A stretch of DNA of 64,000 bases from Nitrospirota bacterium (GTDB taxonomy: Bacteria; Nitrospirota; UBA9217): the NCBI GenBank assembly GCA_963818475.1, contig CAWFSF010000002.1:320001-384000 (forward strand). The letters run 5' to 3'. A program made the position numbers and the translations under genes. The notes under the pieces were generated by a model that saw only the letters and a program-made list of their open reading frames with translations, was not told the DNA's origin and ran no database searches. Within the stretch, counting starts at the first letter, position 1; each line of letters opens with the position of its first letter. Shown one piece after another: positions 56,020-64,000 of this stretch.

Positions 56020-56881
56020 CTAGAACGCGCCTACAGCGATCGCTGCCTGGCGAAGCTGATCATAGTCGTGGTCCGACACGGGAACGAATCCCGTCAGCTG
56101 CGCAGGTCCAAGAATCTGACGGGCGCGGGTGCTGCCTGGCTTGAGCTTGAGCAGCGCCGTCCGGAGCTTCTCTGAGAACTCTTTGCGAAGCGTGGGTGCG
56201 GCAAAGAGCGGCCAGTTCGGATAGTAATCCGTGTATGCCACGATCCTTATCTTTGAAATGTCCAGCGATCCTTTCTGCTTTTCCAGGTCATCTTCACGGA
56301 GTCCGCCGGCATCTGCAGCGCCGTTGATCACCGCCCTCACGACAACATCGTGTTTTTTTGCAAAAGGCAGCGTGATGAAATCCTTTTTCACGTCCAGGCC
56401 GGCACTGCTCAAGGTCATCATCTGGAAAAGGTAACCTGCGGCAGAGCTCTTTTCCACGAACAGGAGCCTCTTGCCCTTAAGGTCGCGAATGCTGCGGATC
56501 GCGCTGTCCTTCCGGGCGATGATGATCCCCCGGAACCGTGTTCCCCCTTTGGGTTCTGATGCCAGGGCCAGGGGATCGAGAAGCAGTTCCTTTTTCAGCT
56601 GGACATAGATCAGGGGGTTTGCGAAACCAGCATCGATCTGACCCGCCCGGGCTGCGGCCTTGAACGCATCGAAATCCCTGGGTATCACCAGGCTCACTTT
56701 TTCTCCCGTTTCTTCGCTCAGGTAGAGGGCAAGGGGATTGAACATGTCATAGAGCTCGACAGCGCTTAAACGCGGCAGGATGCCGAGCCGGACCTCTGCC
56801 TGTGCTCGGGCCGTTATGCCGGACACCGCCGCGATGACCATAGCTGGCCACTATTAATCGAATCAATGCCCTGTTCAGCAT
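56020..56881 (-). CDS. PhnD-like periplasmic substrate-binding protein (5' frameshift)
   Basis: FRGIIIARKDS.I..I.DLKGK, SSAAGYLF, HDVVVRAV..G.ADAG. Confidence 0.8.
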
Positions 56882-56900
56882 AGCCCCTTTGCAAGAACCG

Positions 56901-57281
56901 CTATTTGACTTCAGCAGGATAGAACTTTTCGATCAACTGATGCAGATCGCTCGGCTGGAAAGGTTTTTTCACGTAGCCCTTGGCGCCGAGAGCGAGGCCG
57001 CGCATCGTGTCTTCTTCCTTCCCCTCCGTGCTCACCAGGACGATCGGAATATGGTTGAACGAGCCGAGCTCTTTCACTTTTTTGATGAAATCGAGCCCGT
57101 TCATCACCGGCATGTTGATGTCGAGCAGGATAAGGTCGGTATCCGGATTTTTAGCCAGTTTGTCCAGCCCGTCCTGACCGTTCAGGGCATCCACGATCTG
57201 ACACTTGTACCGCATCAGCACCATCTTATACATCTGGTGAATCAGGGCGGAATCATCCACCACCAGCACCTTTTTCAACAT
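56901..57281 (-). CDS. Single-domain response regulator (CheY-like)
   Basis: VLVVDDS, ILLDINMPVMNG, VSTEG, YVKKPF. Confidence 0.9.
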   Translation of the reverse strand: MLKKVLVVDDSALIHQMYKMVLMRYKCQIVDALNGQDGLDKLAKNPDTDLILLDINMPVMNGLDFIKKVKELGSFNHIPIVLVSTEGKEEDTMRGLALGAKGYVKKPFQPSDLHQLIEKFYPAEVK

Positions 57282-57327
57282 TGTTCTTCCTCCCGATCAT
57301 GAGCGTGCCGCGTTGCTCAAGACAATT

Positions 57328-57722
57328 TCATGCTATGGAATAAATACTCATTTCCTGAACGCCGCGCATCAGTTCCGTGATGTTTATTGGTTTGTCATAG
57401 TAGTAGTCGGCGCCGCGCTCCAGAGCCTGCTTGCGCAGGTCACCCGAACCGAAGCCTGACATGATGATCACTTTTGTTTTCGGCGAGTTTTTTTTGACGT
57501 AGCTCAGGATCTCGAGCCCCTCTTCACCGAGGATCCCCGTCATTCTGATATCGGCGATGACCAGGTCAAAAAAATATTTTTCCAAGGCCGCTTCCGCGGA
57601 CTCAAGCCTGCTCGCCGTCACCACTTCAACACCCTGTGACCGCAGCGAATAGGACAGGGACAACAAGACCGCAGGCTCATTATCCACGATCAGTATTTTT
57701 TTGTTTCCGTTATCGTAGCCAT
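57328..57722 (-). CDS. Single-domain response regulator (start uncertain)
   Basis: ILIVDNEP, IADIRM, IMSGFG, YYDKPI. Confidence 0.8.
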
Positions 57723-58055
57723 ACGAGACACCTGAGTGATGATTTTCAACAGTCGATATTTTGCAATATCTATACCGTCATGTAATATAAATTTAAGTTG
57801 TTATTTATCAATTTGTTACCTTTGCAGCAGGTGCCGAACCTGTCCGAAAACACTACAGACGCTGCCGGAGATTGGTCAAAATTTGGCATAATTGATTGCC
57901 CTTCTTGATTTTGCAGTATAAAGGTGTTACTCTTCTGCGCTATAGAGACCTTTCGTTGCAGATGGACCGGACGAGGTCCGGTTTTACCAGCTGTTATGCT
58001 CGGTCGATTGAGCCCAGCCATTATTTTCGGATTCACACCCCTGGATGACAATATC

Positions 58056-59129
58056 TTGACGACTCCCAAAATAAATATTAAATCCCTGACCCTGGAGGAA
58101 CTCAAAGCTTTGCTCACCGAGCTTGGATGCAAACCTTTCCGGGCAGGACAACTCTTCGCCTGGATCTACAGCAGGGGCGCCCAGTCCTTTGACGAGATGA
58201 CCGATATTGCCAAGGCCGAGCGGACGCTGCTTGAGCTCCCGCTTTTCCGTCGCCTCGCTCAGACCTGCTCCGCCAGGAACTCTCTTCAGACGGGACCCGG
58301 AAGTTCCTGTTCGGGCTTGAGGACGGGCATACGGTCGAGAGCGTGCTTATTCCTGAAGAGGACCGGCAGACGCTCTGCATCTCTTCGCAGGTAGGCTGCG
58401 CCCAGGCCTGCCGGTTCTGCATCACCGGCGGGGGCGGGTTCCAGAGGAACCTCAAGGCCTATGAAATTGCCGATCAGGTCGTGATCGTGGAAAAGTTCCT
58501 GGCAGGAGGTAAAAAGTATTCGCCCGAGACGCGCAGTATAACGAACATCGTTCTCATGGGCATGGGTGAACCGCTGGCGAACTTCGACGAGGTGGTAAAG
58601 GCACTGGCCATCATAACCGGCGAGCCGGGCCTTGGCTTTTCTACCCGGCGCGTGACGCTTTCAACAGCAGGCCTGGTCCCGGAGATCGAGAAGCTCGGCA
58701 GATCAGGCATAAAGGTGAATCTTGCCGTATCGCTGAACGCGACGACCGACGAGGTGCGGGACCGGATCATGCCGGTGAACAAGCGCTATCCGATCAAAGA
58801 GCTCCTGACCGCCTGCAGGCACTACCCCCTTGAACCCCGGCGGCGCATCACCTTTGAGTATGTTCTGCTGCAGCAAGGTGAACGACTCGCCAGAGGATGC
58901 GCTCCGGCTGACTAAACTGCTGCGCGGCATCAAAGCAAAGATCAACCTCATTCCGTACAACCCCTCGCCCGGAAGCGAGTTCAAAAGACCCTCCGACGCC
59001 ACGGTCAAGCGCTTCCAGCAGATCCTGCAGGAGCACGACTACACGGCGCTGATCCGAGAGTCGCGCGGGAGAGATATTGCTGCTGCATGTGGGCAATTGA
59101 GAGAGCGGGAAGCAGGTGCAAAAAAGTAA
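58056..59129 (+). CDS. rlmN: 23S rRNA m2A2503 radical-SAM methyltransferase (frameshifted)
   Basis: [43 protein letters not shown]. Confidence 0.95.
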
Positions 59130-59149
59130 AAGCAATGAACCAAAAAACG

Positions 59150-59293
59150 GCATTTGGACACGGAAGAATCGGAAATATCTGATTAATGCGGATAAATTCC
59201 AAAGCAAAGCATTCACCTATTGGGCGAACCTTTTATAAAAGAAATAATCCGCCGTTATCCGGCTCTTATCCGTGTTAATCCGTGTCCAAATGC
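59150..59293 (+). mobile_element. MITE-like element with 15-bp terminal inverted repeats
   Basis: GCATTTGGACACGGA...TCCGTGTCCAAATGC; near-identical to 30405..30571. Confidence 0.75.
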
Positions 59294-59409
59294 TTTTTTA
59301 AGGATGAAATCTGTACCTACACGCTGCTAACGCCGTCGTAATCCTCAAAAAAAAGCTGCCTGCTTTGCGGACAGGGTCGATACTGTTGCAGTTAACGTTC
59401 TCGTGACTA

Positions 59410-59442
59410 AACAAAAAGGACGAGAAACCGTCTCTCGTCCTT
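59410..59442 (-). terminator. Terminator after cheY
   Basis: aaggacgaga-N7-tctcgtcctt stem followed by a T-tract on the minus strand. Confidence 0.7.
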
Positions 59443-59482
59443 CGTCTCGCGTCGCATTTCATCGTCACCCATCGCTCAACCG

Positions 59483-59863
59483 CTACTTCTTGCCCCCCAG
59501 GATCTGGTTGACCACGTTCAGGAGGTCTGCGGTCTGGATGGGTTTCGGGATGTAGGCATTGGCGCCGAGCGCGAGGCCGCGCTTCCGGTCCTCGTCGGCG
59601 CCCTCGGTCGTGATGATGATGATGGGGATGGTCTTGTGCGCCGGATCGTTGCGGACCATGGAGACGAGCTTCAGGCCGTCCATGATCGGCATGTTGATGT
59701 CGGTCAGGATGATGTCGAACTTCTGGGTCGACAGCTTCTTGAGCGCGTCGATGCCGTCGTTCGCCTCGACGATCTTGCTCCCCGGGATGCGCTTCAGGGC
59801 AAAGGAGATGAGCTGCCGCATCGTCGGGGAGTCTTCAACCACCAGAAAATTATACTCGGGCAT
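59483..59863 (-). CDS. cheY: CheY-like response regulator
   Basis: VVEDSPTMR, LTDINMPIMDG, YIPKPI; last gene of the che cluster. Confidence 0.88.
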   Translation of the reverse strand: MPEYNFLVVEDSPTMRQLISFALKRIPGSKIVEANDGIDALKKLSTQKFDIILTDINMPIMDGLKLVSMVRNDPAHKTIPIIIITTEGADEDRKRGLALGANAYIPKPIQTADLLNVVNQILGGKK

Positions 59864-59875
59864 TTCGACCTCCGT

Positions 59876-60707
59876 TTATTTTTCCTTCAGCAGATCGAGG
59901 AAGCTCTGGATCGTCGTGAGCTTGCGCTCCGACTGCGAATAGAGCTTTGACGAGAAGAGCGCCGTGGCCGCGTGGCCGGCGAGCATGGAGAACAGCTCGT
60001 AGTCCACGTTCGAGAAGGCCTGCTTCTGCACCAGCAGCTTGTAGATCGACGATCACGCCGATCACGTGCTCCTTGATCTTGAGCGGGATGCAGACGAGCG
60101 GGTGGATGATAATCGACGCCCGTGAGATCGGTGGGATCGCCTTCGCGGTAGATAGGCTTCGCCGGACTTGGCGCGCCTGCCGATGATGCCCTCGCCGAGC
60201 TTGACGCTCGGCCGCGGCCTCGGGGCCCATCCCTTCCTGGCCACGATCGTCAGCTCGTTCGTCTTTTCATCGAGCATCATGATCGAGAACTCCTCGGCGC
60301 CGATCAGGTTCATGACGATCTCGAGGATGATCTTGAGCGACTCGCTGAAGTCGAGGGTCGAGTGGAGCTGATAGCTGGCCACGTAGAGGTTCGCCAGGTT
60401 GTTGTTCTCGGCCTCGACCTCGATGTACCGGTTCGCGAAATCCTTGTTCTCTTCCTCCACCTCGCGGTAGCGGTCGAGCAGGTTCTTGTTCTCCTCCTCG
60501 AGGAACTTGATCCGCTCCTCCATGGAGTGCACCTTGAAGGTGCCGTCGCGGTCCGAGAACTTGGTGAGCTCTTCGAGCTTGGCGACCCGGTACCGCAGCT
60601 TCTCGTTCTCCTTGAGCAGCTCCTGGGTGAATTCCTCGCCCTTTTTGAAGACCTGGAGAAAGTCCTCGACCTTTTTCGACATCGATGCCGGTTTCCTTTT
60701 CCATCAT
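59876..60707 (-). CDS. Coiled-coil plus GAF domain protein (frameshifted)
   Basis: Heptad-rich N-half; LHSTLDF..LIGAEEFSIMMLDE..GEGIIG..PLVCIPLKIKEHVIGVI. Confidence 0.8.
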
Positions 60708-60830
60708 ACCCTCCTCGACTGCCGCGGTAATGAACGGAGCCATCTCTCCCCAACGAGAAATCTGTCCGGGGGCCGCCGGCGAGCTGCGGCGCCGTCAGCC
60801 ACATTGATACAGATATGTTGCCAATTATAG

Positions 60831-61954
60831 TCAGGAGTCCGACAAATTTATCAAGGACACATTTCTTTTTCTCATGACAGCCCAGTCCCGCTCCGTGCAC
60901 CGCCGCAGGATCTCGCCGGCCATGCTGCCGAGCGGCAGCACCTTGTCCACCGCGCCGGTCCGGATCGCCTCCTGCGGCATGCCGAAGATGACAGCGCTCT
61001 CCTCGCTCTCGGCAAGACACTGCCCTCCCTGCTTTTTGATGGCAGCTGCGCCCTCTGCGCCGTCACGCCCCATACCGGTCAGCACGACCCCCAGCGCTGC
61101 CGGCCCGCAGGCTTCGGCGACCGATACCATCATCCGGTCAGCCGAGGGCACATACTTGTCCTCCGGCGTCCGGGGCGCGAGCTCGACAACAAGCCGTTCG
61201 GTCCCTCTTTACGTACCAGCAGGTGATAACCGCCGGGCGCGATCAGCACCCGGCCGGGACGGATGCGGTCGCCGGCCTCGGCCTCGCTCACCATGAGCGC
61301 CGAGAGCTTGTTCAGCCGCTCGGCAAAGCTCCGGGTAAATCCCGGCGGCATGTGCTGCGAAATGACGATCCCGGCGCCGAATCGCTGCGGCAGCGCCGTG
61401 AGGATCGCCTGCAGCGCAGGCGGCCCGCCGGTGGAGGATGCGATAGCAACCACCTCGATCGGGCCCTGTTCCTGCGAAGCGTCGTCTTCCTTGCGGGTGC
61501 CGGCGACGGCTCTGGTCCCTGCGCCAGCAGGTCCATGGCCGACTGGACCTTGGACATTTCAGGTTCAGCACGGCATGCACCTTGGCCACCAGTTCGTCCC
61601 GGATGCCCCTCGATGCTCTGCGAGATCCGGGCTTCCGGCTTGGCCAGAAAATCGACGGCACCGAGTTCCAGGGCCCGGAACACGCTGCGGCTGTCCGAAC
61701 GGGACGAGAGGACCAGCACGGGCGTGGGCCGCTCCTTCATGAGCCAGCGCAGGAAGGTAAACCCGTCCATGTTCGGCATCTCAAGGTCGAGGGTGATGAC
61801 ATCGGGCTGGAGGCGCAGCGTCTTGGCGATGGCATCAATGCCGTCACGCGGCAACACCGACGACCTCGATGCCCGGATCGCGCTCGAGCATCTTGGTGAT
61901 GGTCATGCGGTTATATGCCGAGTCGTCGACGACCAGCACCTTGATCTTTTTCAT
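60831..61954 (-). CDS. cheB: Chemotaxis methylesterase, REC plus esterase domains (frameshifted)
   Basis: [41 protein letters not shown]. Confidence 0.93.
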
Positions 61955-61982
61955 TGCGGCCTGCATTTCTTCCCCCGCATGC

Positions 61983-62844
61983 TCAAGTCCTGACCCGCGC
62001 CGGTTTCTGATAGACCATGTCGTTCTTGAGCGTGCGCAGCACGAAGGCGTTCGAGATGTTGATCAGCGACTCGGAGTGACCCAGGAGGAGATATCCGCCC
62101 TCGCGGAGCTTGTCGTGAAAACTTTCGATCACCTTTTTCTTTGCTTCACGGTCGAAATAGATGATCACGTTCCGGCAGAAAATGACGTCCATGTTGCTGA
62201 TCAGGCTGGTCTTATAGGGATCGAGCAGGTTCACGTAGCTGAACGATACGAGTTCGCGCACCGTGTCGATGATCCGGTAGTCGCCTTTGCCTTCTTCGAC
62301 AAAATATTTTTCCAGCATCTCGGGCGTCGAGACCCGGTGCGACGTCTTTTTGTAAACACCCTTGCGCGCCGTGTGCAGAACACGCTGATTGATGTCGCTC
62401 CCGAGGATCTCCACCTGCCAGTCGCGCCACCAGGCGCCGGACTCCAGCAGCAGCATGGCAATGGTGTAGGGCTCTTCGCCGGTGGAGCATCCGGCGCTCC
62501 AGATCCGGAGCGATTTGCGGTCTGCGAGGATCGTGCGCAGCTCGGGCAGGATCTCCTCGGAAAAGGCCCGGAGCTGCGGGCTCTCCCGAAAGAAGTAGGT
62601 TTCGTTCGTCGTCAGGTTGTCGACAAGGACCGCCAGTTCCTCGTCCCGCTTCCGGTCATAGCGGAGAAAGTGATAGTATTCCTCGAAGGTCTTGACCTGG
62701 CGCTGCTCGAGCCGGCGCGCCAGCCGGCGTTCAACGAGGAACTTGGAGCCGTCGTCGAAATAGATGCCGCAGTAGCCGTGGACCAAATCCCGCAAGAAGC
62801 CTGAAGACATCGTCGGGCAGCGGAATGTGTTGTTCTTCGAACAT
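61983..62844 (-). CDS. cheR: Chemotaxis methyltransferase (frameshift near 62795)
   Basis: TTNETYFFRE, IWSAGCSTGEEPY, IFCRNVIIYFD, LGHSESL. Confidence 0.95.
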
Positions 62845-64000
62845 CTATCTCCCCAGCGCTTCCGTCGCCGCCTGACGCACGGTCTTGTCCGCGTCGCCGG
62901 CCGCCATCGTTGCCAGGAGCGCCTCCAGTGCGGCATCCCGATGCTGCCTGACGATCTCGATCGCCGCCTTCCGCACGCTCCAATGCGGGTCCGACAACCG
63001 GGACACCACGGCCGGCCGGACAGCCTCCCAGGGGTAACCTGCCAGGGTCGTCAGCACGATCTTGCGCACCTCGGGGTCGTCGTGGTCGACAAGCCGCAGC
63101 AGGGCGGCCTGCGCCTCGCCGACCCGAAGCTTCCCCATGATCTCGACAAGCGCCAGAAGAAAGATATCGGTTGCCTTGTCAAGATAGGATGCCAGGAGCT
63201 GCCCGATCTGCGCGCTTCCGATCCTGCCGAGCCCGCGTGCCGCTGCAGCCCGGACCCAGAGGTCCTGGTCCTCGAGCAGCGAGATGAGCGCCTCAGAGAC
63301 ACCGGGCGCAGAAAGCCTGCCCAGGGCCTCGGCAGCAAGCATCCGGACCTCGGGGTCGTCGTCGGTCACTGCCAGCATGAGCGGCCGCAGCGACCGCTCT
63401 TCCGGCAGATTGCCCAGTGCATGGACAACGGCCTTGCGGACCTCGGCCTCCTCGTCCTTAAGCGCGAAAACCAGGGCGTCTGCAGCACTGGCGGTTGCGA
63501 ACTTCCCGAGCAGCAGCGCGATATTCCTGCGCAGCGGCACATCCTGCAGGGTATACTCCTTCACCAGCCGCTCGAGGACGGATTCGATCGCCGATCGCGG
63601 CCAGCGCCTGGATTGCCGATTCCTGCACGCTCTTGTATTCGTCCGTCAGAAGATCGAGCAGCGGCGACCACCGCCTTGCCGCTCCGCAGCCGGCCCAGCG
63701 CCTCTGCGGCCGTGCTGCGCACATGTCCGTTCTCGTCGTCCAGCAGCTCGATCAGCGGCTCTTCCGCCTCGGGCCTGCCGAATTCTCCCAGGACCCGGGC
63801 CACCGTCCGCCGGACCAGCGCGTTCTCGTCGGAAAGATAGGCCAGCAGCTGCGGTCCTGTCCCGGAAGGCATGGCAATGAGCGCCTGCGCCATCGGTTCT
63901 TCAAGCTCCTCTTCGTTAAGCAGGGCAAGCAGCTTCGGAATGGAATGCTCCCTGCCGGCCCAGCCGAGCACGGCAAGGCACGCCTTCTGCAGCTCACCGG
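62845..64000 (-). CDS. Large HEAT-repeat protein (frameshifted; 5' end outside window)
   Basis: Many D....VR..AAEALG.L repeats across ORFs 62845..63564 and 63561..63971. Confidence 0.88.

Noticed and set aside
14619-59293. Periodic repeats as a CRISPR array
   Set aside because: Units are 7-10 nt and contiguous, with no unique 30-40 nt spacers and no cas genes

Overview
GC-rich chromosomal window from an anaerobic bacterium. Gene content and order suggest Nitrospirota or Desulfobacterota (inference). Single-base indels split many clearly essential genes, most likely long-read consensus errors, so split ORFs are merged into one gene below. 1-27.5 kb: housekeeping and transport genes (def-fmt-DUF116-rsmB-PASTA-rpe, Re-citrate synthase-like enzyme with a Cache domain, dpp/opp ABC genes, ParC-like topoisomerase subunit, HU, cytochrome c maturation, mnmA, ModE-tupABC, rsmA, gmhA). 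30.8-54.1 kb (minus strand): a ~23 kb Wood-Ljungdahl/folate cluster: cooC, 5-formyl-THF cyclo-ligase, folE, a GltD-ferredoxin-MvhD fusion, metV, metF, panB, thyX, cooC, DUF2520, acsE/D/C/B, NuoE/NuoF-like subunits, a selenocysteine formate dehydrogenase, a cNMP-binding protein and fhs. No CODH catalytic subunit and no folD are in the window. 54.6-64 kb: an orphan signalling module, rlmN and a HEAT-CheR-CheB-GAF-CheY chemosensory cluster. The most unusual structure is non-coding. Many intergenic gaps carry imperfect 7-9 nt tandem repeats, often as mirrored arms, built from many different units, and a ~145-170 bp MITE-like element occurs in four copies. No rRNA, tRNA, CRISPR array, transposase or prophage was recognised.
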